Positions 41,276 to 50,743 of a stretch of DNA of 56,474 bases are shown here, one piece after another. Origin of the DNA: a bacterium. GTDB taxonomy: Bacteria; Patescibacteriota; Minisyncoccia; Minisyncoccales; DAOVPY01. The position numbers and the translations under genes are program-made. The notes below the pieces were generated by a model. The model did no database searches. It was given only the letters and a program-made list of their open reading frames with translations, and had not been told where the DNA came from. The DNA lies in NCBI GenBank assembly GCA_030596105.1, contig JAUVKU010000001.1:1-56474 (forward strand), in the 5' to 3' direction. How positions within the stretch are numbered: the stretch's first letter is position 1; every line of letters begins with the position of its first letter.

Positions 41276-42898
41276 CTATTTTTTTATACATGCTTTTACA
41301 AATGCTTTGAATAGTGGATGAGGATTTAATGGTCTTGATTTTAATTCTGGATGAAACTGTGTGGCAACAAAAAATGGATGATTCTTAAGTTCTATAATCT
41401 CAACCAAATCTCTTTCCGTATTAACACCTGCCATTATCATACCATGCTCCTCTAATACGCCTCTAAATGCATTATTAAGCTCGTAGCGGTGTCTATGTCG
41501 TTCAGATATGTTTAGCAACCCATAAGCTTGAAAACTCTTTGTTTTGGGCTTTATCTTACAATCATAAACGCCTAATCGCATCGTAGCGCCATATTTCTTT
41601 TCTTTTAACAACGCTTTTTGATCCGGCATAACATCAATTATAGGACTCTTGCAATTCAAAGAAATTTCAACAGAATTAGCATCTTTTATTTTACAAACAT
41701 TTCTAGCAAATTCTATCACAGCCATCTGTAATCCATAACAAAGACCAAAAAAGGGAATATTATTTTCGCGACAAAACTGAATGGCTTTTATCTTACCGCC
41801 TACCCCCCTACTCCCAAATCCTCCCGGCACTATTATGCCATCATATTTTTTAAGCTCTATAACTTTCTTTGGATTTTTTTCATATTGTTCAGCATTTATC
41901 CAATGAATTTCTGGCTTTCTGTTACATGCCCAACAAGAATGCTTAATCGCCTCAATCACCGAAATGTAACTATCTTTTAATACAAATTTTCCTGTTTCAA
42001 AATATTTTCCAACTATACCAATCTTTACTGGTTCTTTAGCTGTTTTAGCGATATTAACCATTTTAGCCCAATCCCTCAAATCACTTTTTCTTTTTGGCTT
42101 AATACCAAATTTTTTTAAAATTCTTTTTCCTAAATCATCTTTTTGAAAATTAAGCGGAACCTCATAGATTGATTCTATATCAGGAGCAGAAATAATATCA
42201 TTTTTAGAAATATTACAAAAAACTGAAATTTTTTGTTTTCGTGGTTCATCTAAAGCAACAGCTGACCGTGCCAAAATCATGTCAGGTTGAATGCCAGCGG
42301 TATTTAGCGTCCTTACCGCATATTGCGTTGGTTTGGTCTTCATTTCTCCTATTATTGAAGGCACCGGAAGATAACTTACAAGAATAAAAAATACACGTTT
42401 AGGATCTTTGAGCTTCATCATTCTAGCTGCTTCTAAAAACAACATATTTTGATATTCCCCTACCGTTCCCCCAATTTCTATCAAAATAAAATCAGCCTCT
42501 GTTTTTTTGGCTGCTTTTTTAATCCTAAAAATAACTTCATTTGGAATATCTGGAACAACCTCTACGCACTTGCCATTATATCCCAAATTCCTTTCGCGAT
42601 TTATAACTGCTTGATAAACTCTACCGGTGGTAATATAATTATCGGTGCTTAAATTTTCATCTAAAAACCGCTCATAATTTCCGAGGTCCTGATCGCTTTC
42701 AGTTCCATCGTCGGTCACAAAAACCTCTCCATGCTCAATCGGATTCATTGTCCCAGCATCAACATTAACATACGGATCAATTTTGGACGCTGTTACCTTA
42801 AAACCCATGCTCTGCAAAATTTTACCAATGGAAGCCGTAGCAACCCCTTTACCGATGCCAGACATTACTCCACCAGCAACAAAAATATAACGCGTCAT
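41276..42898 (-). CDS. pyrG: CTP synthase
   Basis: GGVMSGIGKG, KIDPYVNVDAGTM, KTKPTQ, GLCYGLQ, QFHPE; ATG at 42898. Confidence 0.98.
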   Translation of the reverse strand: MTRYIFVAGGVMSGIGKGVATASIGKILQSMGFKVTASKIDPYVNVDAGTMNPIEHGEVFVTDDGTESDQDLGNYERFLDENLSTDNYITTGRVYQAVINRERNLGYNGKCVEVVPDIPNEVIFRIKKAAKKTEADFILIEIGGTVGEYQNMLFLEAARMMKLKDPKRVFFILVSYLPVPSIIGEMKTKPTQYAVRTLNTAGIQPDMILARSAVALDEPRKQKISVFCNISKNDIISAPDIESIYEVPLNFQKDDLGKRILKKFGIKPKRKSDLRDWAKMVNIAKTAKEPVKIGIVGKYFETGKFVLKDSYISVIEAIKHSCWACNRKPEIHWINAEQYEKNPKKVIELKKYDGIIVPGGFGSRGVGGKIKAIQFCRENNIPFFGLCYGLQMAVIEFARNVCKIKDANSVEISLNCKSPIIDVMPDQKALLKEKKYGATMRLGVYDCKIKPKTKSFQAYGLLNISERHRHRYELNNAFRGVLEEHGMIMAGVNTERDLVEIIELKNHPFFVATQFHPELKSRPLNPHPLFKAFVKACIKK

Positions 42899-42917
42899 AT
42901 TAATATACCTTTTACGC

Positions 42918-42964
42918 AACAACCATTTCTACTGCGATTTTAAAGTCTCGCTACGAAAAATTGT
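42918..42964 (-). repeat. Structured intergenic repeat, minimal copy E
   Basis: Retains TTTCTACTGCGATTT / AAGTCTCGCTACGAAA arms of the family without the inner part. Confidence 0.7.
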
Positions 42965-43063
42965 CACGCAACAGGTCTAACAGACGGGACCCCCCCTTTT
43001 TTTATTATATTAAATTAAATAACAAAATTTACTTAACGCCTTTCAATAATTTCAAACTATAAA

Positions 43064-43510
43064 TTATTCTTCTGCGACAATTATAACTTTTATTTCTACT
43101 TCTAAATTGTGTTCAAAAGAAATCTTTACTGGAAATTCACCTATTTCCTTAATTGGCGCGGATAAAAGAATTTTATCTTTATCAATCTTAAATCCCATTT
43201 CTTTTAATTTGTTGGAAATTTTTTGACTATTGATTGACTCAAAGAGTTGGCCATCTTCTCCAACTTTCACAGAAATCATAACTTCCAACCCATCCATTTG
43301 CGAAGCAAATTCTTGACTCTTCATAAGATCTTCTTTCATTTGCTTTGTATAAATTTCTTTTTCCGCTTCTAATTCTTTAAGGACTTCCCTTGTAGCAAGT
43401 TTCGCCATATTCTTAATAAATAAAAAATTCTTGGCATATCCATCTTTTACATCTTTGATGTCATATTTTTTTCCAAGACCTTCTACATCTTCTAAAAGAA
43501 TTACTTTCAT
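43064..43510 (-). CDS. rplI: 50S ribosomal protein L9
   Basis: [13 protein letters not shown]....[22 protein letters not shown]. Confidence 0.97.
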   Translation of the reverse strand: MKVILLEDVEGLGKKYDIKDVKDGYAKNFLFIKNMAKLATREVLKELEAEKEIYTKQMKEDLMKSQEFASQMDGLEVMISVKVGEDGQLFESINSQKISNKLKEMGFKIDKDKILLSAPIKEIGEFPVKISFEHNLEVEIKVIIVAEE

Positions 43511-43540
43511 AATTTTGTTGATAATTGATAATTTATTTAT

Positions 43541-43704
43541 TGAGAGCGTGGAACGATATGCTTTCGTAGCGAAATTTCCAAAATTTAAGACAAATTTTTC
43601 AAAAATTTTCGAAGCGTATATGGTAATATACGATGAAAAAATTTTGGGAGAATTTGGCTAAATTTTAGAAATTGCAGTAAAAATGATATCATTCTACGCT
43701 CTCA
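43541..43704 (+). repeat. Structured intergenic repeat, copy D (164 nt)
   Basis: Terminal IR TGAGAGCGTGGAACGATAT / ATATCATTCTACGCTCTCA; homologous to the reverse complement of 49799-49961. Confidence 0.85.
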
Positions 43705-43706
43705 TC

Positions 43707-44921
43707 TTACCTTGTTTCTTTTAATAGTTCAACTGCTCTATCTAATTGCGGATCATTACCTTCTTCATAATCCTCATTAGTCATTTTAACTTCTATGTCT
43801 GGTTCAATGCCCTTACCAGCAATAAGATTTCCGTTGGGCGTCAACCATTTCGCTACTGTTATTTTAAGACTTGATCCATTTCTTAATCTTTCAAGCTCTT
43901 GAACAGAGCCCTTTCCGAAAGATGTCTCACCAATTATTTTTATGCCACAATTATCTCTAAGTGCTCCAGCCAAAATCTCGGACGCAGAAGCAGATCCTTG
44001 ATTCATTAAAACAACTATTTCAAAATCTTTAAAAGCTCCGTTTCCCTTCGCCAGATACTCCAATTTTTCTTGATCTGGTCCAAAATCTTCAATTGTAACA
44101 ATCTGATCTTTCTCCAAAAACCAACCAGCAATATATTGAGAAACCTCTAAATAACCACCTGGATTATTACGAAGATCCAAAATAATTTTCTTGGCTGAAG
44201 TATTTAAAATTTTCACACTCGCTGTTTGAAACGCAGAGCCCGTTGTTCCTAAAAACTGATAAAGTCTCATATAAACAATTGGATCAGCTTCAGTATCATC
44301 TTCAAGCAATTCCCATTTAATAGAAGGCATTTCTATTATGCCTCTAATAATCTTAATTTCTTGCGTCTTTTCCCAGCCATTTCTAGCAATTGTCAAAACA
44401 ACTTCAGTTCCTTTTGGTCCCCTAATAAGATGGACAGCTTCATCAATAGTGAGGTCCCGAGTATGCTCATCTCCAACTTTGAAAATCTTATCTCCTGCCC
44501 TAAGTCCTGCTTTCTGCGCTGGAGTTCCCTCTAAAGGAGCGATGACTTGAAGCTGATCATTTCTTATGCCTATTTCCATACCAACACCCTCAAAAACCCC
44601 GCTAACATCTTCAAAAAACTGATTAGTTTCTTCGGGTGGCATAAATATGGTATACGGGTCATCTAAACTTTCAACCATTCCCGAAATGGCTCCATAAATC
44701 ATTTTTTCGTGATCAAATTCTTCCCGTCCAACATATTTTTTTTCAAGAACATTATAGCTCTCCCAGAAAAGAGAAAGATCAATTTTTCCTGCAGGAGATA
44801 CTAATTCCATTCCCTTATAAATCCCCCCTTCCTCACCACAATAAAAACCAAGAAAAAAAGAAAACAAAATAGTTCCAATTAAAAAGATAAATTTGAATGT
44901 TTTTATATTTAAAAAACGCAT
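43707..44921 (-). CDS. ctpA: Carboxyl-terminal processing protease (S41)
   Basis: LDDPYT, PDZ domain, DLRNNPGG, SASASEI, FGKGSVQ, GIEPD. Confidence 0.93.
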   Translation of the reverse strand: MRFLNIKTFKFIFLIGTILFSFFLGFYCGEEGGIYKGMELVSPAGKIDLSLFWESYNVLEKKYVGREEFDHEKMIYGAISGMVESLDDPYTIFMPPEETNQFFEDVSGVFEGVGMEIGIRNDQLQVIAPLEGTPAQKAGLRAGDKIFKVGDEHTRDLTIDEAVHLIRGPKGTEVVLTIARNGWEKTQEIKIIRGIIEMPSIKWELLEDDTEADPIVYMRLYQFLGTTGSAFQTASVKILNTSAKKIILDLRNNPGGYLEVSQYIAGWFLEKDQIVTIEDFGPDQEKLEYLAKGNGAFKDFEIVVLMNQGSASASEILAGALRDNCGIKIIGETSFGKGSVQELERLRNGSSLKITVAKWLTPNGNLIAGKGIEPDIEVKMTNEDYEEGNDPQLDRAVELLKETR

Positions 44922-44948
44922 TAGACTTTATTAATTTTTATAAAAAAG

Positions 44949-45021
44949 TGCGTCCAGGAGGAATCGAACCTCCAACCGCCGGCTTAAAAGGCCGTTGCTC
45001 TACCTATTGAGCTATGGACGC
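44949..45021 (-). tRNA. tRNA-Lys(TTT), CCA not encoded
   Basis: Minus strand GCGTCCA...CGGC-CTTTTAA-GCCG...GGAGG-TTCGATT-CCTCC-TGGACGC-A. Confidence 0.95.
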
Positions 45022-45108
45022 AAAACAATCCTTAAATTTTCACCTTTAATAATACCCTATTTTCAATAAAAAACAATACTCAAATCGCAAAACAATTTAA
45101 CAAAATTT

Positions 45109-46146
45109 CTAAAACTGCTCTAGAAACTTTATATCGCCAGAATAAAACAATCTAATATCATCTATTTTGTATTTCATCATCACCAATCTATCTATACCCA
45201 TTCCAAAAGCAAAACCTTGCCAAAATTTAGGATTTAATCCCCCTGCTTTTAACACATTTGGGTGAACCATTCCAGCTCCAATTGTTTCAAGCCATCCTGT
45301 TTTTTTACAAACGCTACATCCTTTTCCTTTACAATTTAAACATTTTATATCAATTTCAACGCTCGGTTCTGTAAATGGAAAATAACTTGGTCTTAATCTT
45401 ATCTCAACTTTTTTATTAAAAAAATTATCTAAAAACTCATTAATTACGGCTTTTAAATTCGCTAAAGAGACACCTTTGCCAACCATCATTCCTTCCAACT
45501 GATGAAATTGAACATCGTGCGAAGCGTCAGTTGCTTCGTGTCTAAATACTTTACCTGGAGCAACTATCCTGAATGGCGGATTATTTTTTTCCATATAGTG
45601 AATCTGCACAGCTGATGTGTGACATCTCATTAGTTTTTTGCCTTGTTTATTGTCCTTCTCTTGCTTAAGCCAAAAAGTATCTTGGACATCGCGAGCTGGA
45701 TGATCTTTTGGCACATTTAACGCATCAAAATTATACCATTCTGTTTCTATTTCTAATCCTTCGGCCACAGAAAACCCCATTGACTGGAAAATTTCAACAG
45801 CACTTCTAATTGACTGCGTTAAAGGATGAATGTATCCTGTTTTTATTCTTTTCCCTGGAATAGTAATATCAATCCATTCTTTTTCTCCTGCTTCTTTTAT
45901 AATTCTTTCTTTTGTTTCTTGAATCTTTTCGTCAATTTTTGTTTGCAAAAAATCCTTGACCTCATTTATTTCTTTACCAGCCTTAGCTCGTTTTTCTTTT
46001 GGCAATTTCCCAATTGATTTTACGGCTTGCATAATTTCTCCTTTCTTACCTAAATACTCTTGAAAAATTTCATTCAACTTTTTAACATCATCTGCATTCT
46101 CTATTTTTTTAGAAATATTTTTTTTAAGTAAATTTAAACCCTCCAT
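45109..46146 (-). CDS. pheS: Phenylalanine--tRNA ligase alpha subunit
   Basis: HPAR..QDTF, FHQLEG, YFPFTEPS, GFAFGMGIDRL. Confidence 0.98.
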   Translation of the reverse strand: MEGLNLLKKNISKKIENADDVKKLNEIFQEYLGKKGEIMQAVKSIGKLPKEKRAKAGKEINEVKDFLQTKIDEKIQETKERIIKEAGEKEWIDITIPGKRIKTGYIHPLTQSIRSAVEIFQSMGFSVAEGLEIETEWYNFDALNVPKDHPARDVQDTFWLKQEKDNKQGKKLMRCHTSAVQIHYMEKNNPPFRIVAPGKVFRHEATDASHDVQFHQLEGMMVGKGVSLANLKAVINEFLDNFFNKKVEIRLRPSYFPFTEPSVEIDIKCLNCKGKGCSVCKKTGWLETIGAGMVHPNVLKAGGLNPKFWQGFAFGMGIDRLVMMKYKIDDIRLFYSGDIKFLEQF

Positions 46147-46188
46147 AAGCGCATTGCTTTAATTTTTAATTAAAAATTAATAATTATA

Positions 46189-47271
46189 TTACAATCCTTG
46201 CTCTTTTAATTCTTTGAAAAGTTCTTTTTGTTTTCTGTTTAATTTTTTTGGCGTCTGTACCTCCAACTGCACATACATATCTCCAACGCCAAAACTAGAA
46301 AAATGAGGAATACCTTTTCTGGGAAGCCTTAAAATCTTTCCAGATTGACTACCAGCTGGAACCCTTAATGAAACTTTCTTCCCATCAAGTGTTGGAATAT
46401 CAATCTCATCGCCTAAAGTTGCTTGAGAAAAAGAAATAGACGACACCATAAACAAATCATCGCCTTGTCTTTTAAAAATAGGATGTTTTTTAACTAAAAT
46501 TCTAACATACAAATCTCCGGGTTTACCGCCTTTTCTACCAGCTTCACCCTTACCTTCTACCTTTATGACCTGATTGGTGTCTGCGCCAGCCGGAATAAAA
46601 AAATCTATATTTTCATCTTTTTTAATTCTTCCCTCCCCCTTACAAACATTGCACGGCTTCTCTGGCTTTGCTCCTTCGCCACCACATTCAGGACAAACAA
46701 TGTGACGACGCATTTGACCAAAAGCTGTTCTCATTATTTGTTGAACTTTTCCTGTTCCGCGACAAGAAAAACACTCTTTCACATTAGTGCCAGGTTCTGC
46801 TCCAAGACCATTACAACGCGAACAAACAATCATTTTATGCAGTGAAATTGTCTTTTTTTGTTGCTTTATTACAGATTCTAAAGGAATCCCAATTTCTACT
46901 TCAATATCTTTTCCAAACCTTAAATCTTCTTTGCTTCCTGAGCCACCTCCAAAACCAAACATTTCTCCGAATATCTCTCCTAAATCAACTCCCTCTTCAG
47001 ATTTAGAACCAAAATCAAATCCGCCAGAACTTGGATCAAAACCAAAACCAGAAGGACCGCCTTGCGCCCCATCAAATGTTCTGCCATATTGGTCATATTG
47101 ACTTCTTTTTTCTTTATTAGAAAGAACCTGATATGCCTCAGTCACTTCTTTAAACTTTTCTTGATCGCCACCCCTATCTGGATGATACTTGTGAGCCAAT
47201 TTCCGATATGCTTTTTTAATTTCATCTTGAGTTGCGCCACGCACAACTCCTAAAACGTCATAATAATCCAT
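46189..47271 (-). CDS. dnaJ: Chaperone DnaJ
   Basis: J domain with HPD, G/F region, four CxxCxGxG repeats. Confidence 0.98.
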   Translation of the reverse strand: MDYYDVLGVVRGATQDEIKKAYRKLAHKYHPDRGGDQEKFKEVTEAYQVLSNKEKRSQYDQYGRTFDGAQGGPSGFGFDPSSGGFDFGSKSEEGVDLGEIFGEMFGFGGGSGSKEDLRFGKDIEVEIGIPLESVIKQQKKTISLHKMIVCSRCNGLGAEPGTNVKECFSCRGTGKVQQIMRTAFGQMRRHIVCPECGGEGAKPEKPCNVCKGEGRIKKDENIDFFIPAGADTNQVIKVEGKGEAGRKGGKPGDLYVRILVKKHPIFKRQGDDLFMVSSISFSQATLGDEIDIPTLDGKKVSLRVPAGSQSGKILRLPRKGIPHFSSFGVGDMYVQLEVQTPKKLNRKQKELFKELKEQGL

Positions 47272-47289
47272 AATTTTTAAAAATTTTGT

Positions 47290-49284
47290 CTATTTGGTTT
47301 CTTTATTTTCTCCATTTTCAGCATCTTTCTTTTCTTTAAATTCTGCGTCTTCAGCATCTTTCTTTTCTTCTTCGCCTTCTTTAGTCTTAGCATCGGAAGA
47401 TTCTCCTCCGTCTTTTGATTTTTCTTCTCCCGAAGCTTCTTGCTGTTGCTGTCCTCCTCCAACAGGAGCCTGTCCTTGTTGTGCATTTTTATACATCTCA
47501 GCTCCAACTTTTTGAATTACCTGAGAAAGCTCAGCTGACTTACTTTTTATTTCCTCTAAATTATCTGTATCTTTAATTTTTTTCAAATCTTCTATTTTTT
47601 CTTCAACCTCTTTTTTTATTTCTGAAGAAATCTTATCACCAGCATCCCTAAGCGTTTTTTCTGTTGTATAAATCAAATTATCGGCAGTATTACAAATTTC
47701 AATCGCTTCCTGTTTCTTTTTATCTTCTTGCGCATGCAATTCAGCTTCTTTCTTCATTTTTTCAACCTCTTCATCAGAAACTCCGCAAGAACCTTCAATT
47801 TTTATAGATTGAGTTTTCCCGCTTGCTTTATCTTTAGCTGAAACACTTAAAATTCCGTTAGCATCAATATCAAAACTAACCTCAACTTGCGGAACTCCAC
47901 GCGGACTAGGAGGAATACCATCTAAAATAAATCTTCCGAGCGATTTATTATCAACAACCATCGGTCTTTCTCCTTGAGCCACATGAATTTCTACTGAAGG
48001 CTGATTATCTACGGCAGTAGAAAAAACCTGAGATTTACTAGTCGGAACAGTAGTATTCTTTGCAATTAAAACTGTATTTACTCCACCCAAAGTTTCTATT
48101 CCCAAAGATAAAGGAGTTACATCTAAAAGCAAAACATCTTTTACTTCTCCTTGCAAAATTCCAGCCTGCACAGCTGCCCCAATAGCTACAACCTCATCAG
48201 GATTAATTTCTTTATTAGGATCTTTACCAAAAAGATTTTTAATTTCTTCTTGAATTTTTGGCATTCTAGTTTGCCCCCCAACCAAAATAATTTCTTCAAT
48301 GTCTTTTGTTTCTAAAGAAGCTTCTTTTAATGTTTCTTTAATCAATATGATAGAACGACCGATGTATTCTTCTACTAAACTTTCAAACTCAGCGCGAGAT
48401 AGTTTATATAAAAGATGTTTCGGTCCAGCTGCATCAGAAGTAACAAACGGAATATTAATTTCTGTTTCTAATGTAGTAGAAAGCTCTATCTTCGCTTTTT
48501 CCGCAGCTTCTTTTAAGCGTTGAAGCGCCAATGGATCTTTAGACAAATCAATACCTTGATCTTTTTGAAATTTCTCAACAATCCAATCAATTATTTTTTG
48601 ATCAAAATCTTCTCCTCCTAAATGAGTATCGCCACCAGTCCCCTTTACTTCAACCGTATCTTCGTCAACATCTAAAATTGAAATATCAAAAGTTCCACCA
48701 CCAAAATCGTAAACAATAATTTGCTGATTTTTCTTTTCAGTTAGACCATAAGCCAAAGCAGCGGCCGTTGGTTCGTTGATAACCCTTCTTACCTTAAACC
48801 CAGCAATCTCTCCAGCCACCTTTGTCGCTTTTCTTTGAGAATCATCAAAATAAGCTGGGCAAGTAATTATCGCTTCTTCAATTTTTTCTCCCAATTTTTC
48901 TTCAGCATCTTGTTTCAATTTCTGAAGTATCATCGCTGAAATTTCCAATGGCTTGTGCCATTTTTCTCCCATTTTTATTTCTATGCCCTTATCAGATCCT
49001 TCTCTAATCTCGTAAGATAAAAGTTTTTTATCTTTCTGAACTTGCGGATCGGAGAATTGTCTACCTATCAATCGTTTAGTAGCATAAATAGTATCTCTAG
49101 GATTTGTAATCTGTTGTCGTCTAGCCAAAATACCAACCAATCTTTCATTGGTTTTAGTAATGGCCGCAATTGACGGCATTGTTCTTGATCCCTCCTTGTT
49201 CTCAATTATTTTTGGTTGTCCCGCTTCCACTGCAGCCATTGCTGAAAATGTGGTGCCAAGATCAATTCCCAATATCTTGCTCAT
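47290..49284 (-). CDS. dnaK: Chaperone DnaK
   Basis: [40 protein letters not shown]. Confidence 0.99.
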   Translation of the reverse strand: MSKILGIDLGTTFSAMAAVEAGQPKIIENKEGSRTMPSIAAITKTNERLVGILARRQQITNPRDTIYATKRLIGRQFSDPQVQKDKKLLSYEIREGSDKGIEIKMGEKWHKPLEISAMILQKLKQDAEEKLGEKIEEAIITCPAYFDDSQRKATKVAGEIAGFKVRRVINEPTAAALAYGLTEKKNQQIIVYDFGGGTFDISILDVDEDTVEVKGTGGDTHLGGEDFDQKIIDWIVEKFQKDQGIDLSKDPLALQRLKEAAEKAKIELSTTLETEINIPFVTSDAAGPKHLLYKLSRAEFESLVEEYIGRSIILIKETLKEASLETKDIEEIILVGGQTRMPKIQEEIKNLFGKDPNKEINPDEVVAIGAAVQAGILQGEVKDVLLLDVTPLSLGIETLGGVNTVLIAKNTTVPTSKSQVFSTAVDNQPSVEIHVAQGERPMVVDNKSLGRFILDGIPPSPRGVPQVEVSFDIDANGILSVSAKDKASGKTQSIKIEGSCGVSDEEVEKMKKEAELHAQEDKKKQEAIEICNTADNLIYTTEKTLRDAGDKISSEIKKEVEEKIEDLKKIKDTDNLEEIKSKSAELSQVIQKVGAEMYKNAQQGQAPVGGGQQQQEASGEEKSKDGGESSDAKTKEGEEEKKDAEDAEFKEKKDAENGENKETK

Positions 49285-49292
49285 AGTTTTTT

Positions 49293-49468
49293 GAGATAAC
49301 TTCCAAAATTTTTTCTACTACGATTTCATATTTTTGGCTACAACTTCGTCGGGCTACGCAAAAGGATTTTCCCCGTAGCGATACTACGGCTCAAATCTTT
49401 TTGCTTACCTTCCTTGTTTCGCTCAAAAATCTAAAATCTCGCTACGGAAAAATTTTGGTGGTCATCTC
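49293..49468 (-). repeat. Structured intergenic repeat, copy B (176 nt)
   Basis: Terminal IR GAGAT...ATCTC; colinear with the reverse complement of 16428-16603. Confidence 0.85.
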
Positions 49469-49499
49469 TGTTATTTTATTTAATCCAATTATATCAAAG

Positions 49500-49793
49500 T
49501 TAAAAACCAATTTTTGTTTCTGTTGTTTCTGTTTCAGACATTTTTGATTCTTTTAATTTTCCAAATTTTTTTTCATACTTATCTATATTCTCTTGAAGCG
49601 CCTTTACCATCCTTTTCACATGACCAGGATTCATAATTACACGAGAAGCCAAAACCCCCTGAGGAGGAGAAGCTAAGAAAAAATCCAAAATAAATTCCTC
49701 CTTAGTATGAACAATCTGCATTAAATTTGAATATGATCCTTTTAAATCAGTATCTTTTGCTTTTATTTGAAGTTGTTGTTTTTGTTCTTCCAT
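49500..49793 (-). CDS. DUF3467-family protein
   Basis: GSYSN...I.HTKEEFILDF....P...L.SRVIMNPGH.KR...AL.ENI.KYE..FG; ATG at 49793. Confidence 0.85.
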   Translation of the reverse strand: MEEQKQQLQIKAKDTDLKGSYSNLMQIVHTKEEFILDFFLASPPQGVLASRVIMNPGHVKRMVKALQENIDKYEKKFGKLKESKMSETETTETKIGF

Positions 49794-49798
49794 AGTTT

Positions 49799-49961
49799 TG
49801 AGACTGTTAAACAATATCATTTCTACTGCGATTTCAAAATTTTGGCTACAAATTATTCAGAACTCGTCAATGTATATTATCATATACACTTCCTCGTTCT
49901 TCATAATTCTCGCTCACAATTTTTAAATCTCGCTACGAAAGCATATTGTTCCACACTCTCA
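49799..49961 (-). repeat. Structured intergenic repeat, copy C (163 nt)
   Basis: Terminal IR TGAGA...AACAATAT / ATATTGTT...TCTCA; family arms TTTCTACTGCGATTT / AAATCTCGCTACGAAA. Confidence 0.85.
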
Positions 49962-49993
49962 TTTCTTATTATTATTTATTATTAATTAATTTC

Positions 49994-50482
49994 TTATTTG
50001 CTAACTTTTACTTTTGCTGGACGAATAACCTGCCCCTGCAATGTGTAACCCTTTTGAAGCTCTTCTGTAATAATTCCACTTTCTTTATCTTTTACCTCTA
50101 CCATTTCCACTGCTTCAGCAAAACTCGGATTAAACGCTTTGCCTATTATTTCTATCTCCTCAACCCCGTAATCTTTCAAAAAGCTTAAAATTTGAGCCTT
50201 AATTTGTAAAACGCCCTTAATGTTTTCATCTTTTTTTGCGTCTTTTGACAAATTCTTTTCAATTAAATCAAAATTATCCAAAATCCCCAAAAGATTGAAA
50301 GCAACCTCTCCTTTTGCAAAAATAGCCAAGCTATTAAGTCTTTTTGTCTCATCGTTCTTATAATTCAAAAAATCGGCTCGCGCTCTTTGCCAGCCAGCTA
50401 AATACTCGTCTCTCTTTTCTTCACACTCTTTTAGCTTTTCTTCTAATTTTTCAATATTTAATTGTGCTTTTTTCTCTACCAT
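49994..50482 (-). CDS. grpE: Nucleotide exchange factor GrpE
   Basis: QRARADF.NYK, FNP...EAV, QKGY.L...VIRPAKVKV. Confidence 0.96.
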   Translation of the reverse strand: MVEKKAQLNIEKLEEKLKECEEKRDEYLAGWQRARADFLNYKNDETKRLNSLAIFAKGEVAFNLLGILDNFDLIEKNLSKDAKKDENIKGVLQIKAQILSFLKDYGVEEIEIIGKAFNPSFAEAVEMVEVKDKESGIITEELQKGYTLQGQVIRPAKVKVSK

Positions 50483-50743
50483 AACTAATATCTATTATAC
50501 TTATTTAAAGATTATGGTCAATATCGCACATTAAATCATAATTCAAAATATTTATTGATAGCGCCAATAATAATAGAAAATTATGACTGACTAATGCTAA
50601 CAACAAATAATAACACAGTCAAAAAATTAACAAAAAAATATTAAAATAATTATCAGTGATTAAATAAAAAATTTTGCTTTTATTTTCTTAAAACACTATA
50701 ATAAATCAATATCAAAAACACAATAAAACCCTACAAAATTTTT

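Noticed and set aside
50483..50743. CIRCE/HrcA regulation of grpE-dnaK-dnaJ
   Set aside because: No TTAGCACTC-N9-GAGTGCTAA and no hrcA gene upstream.
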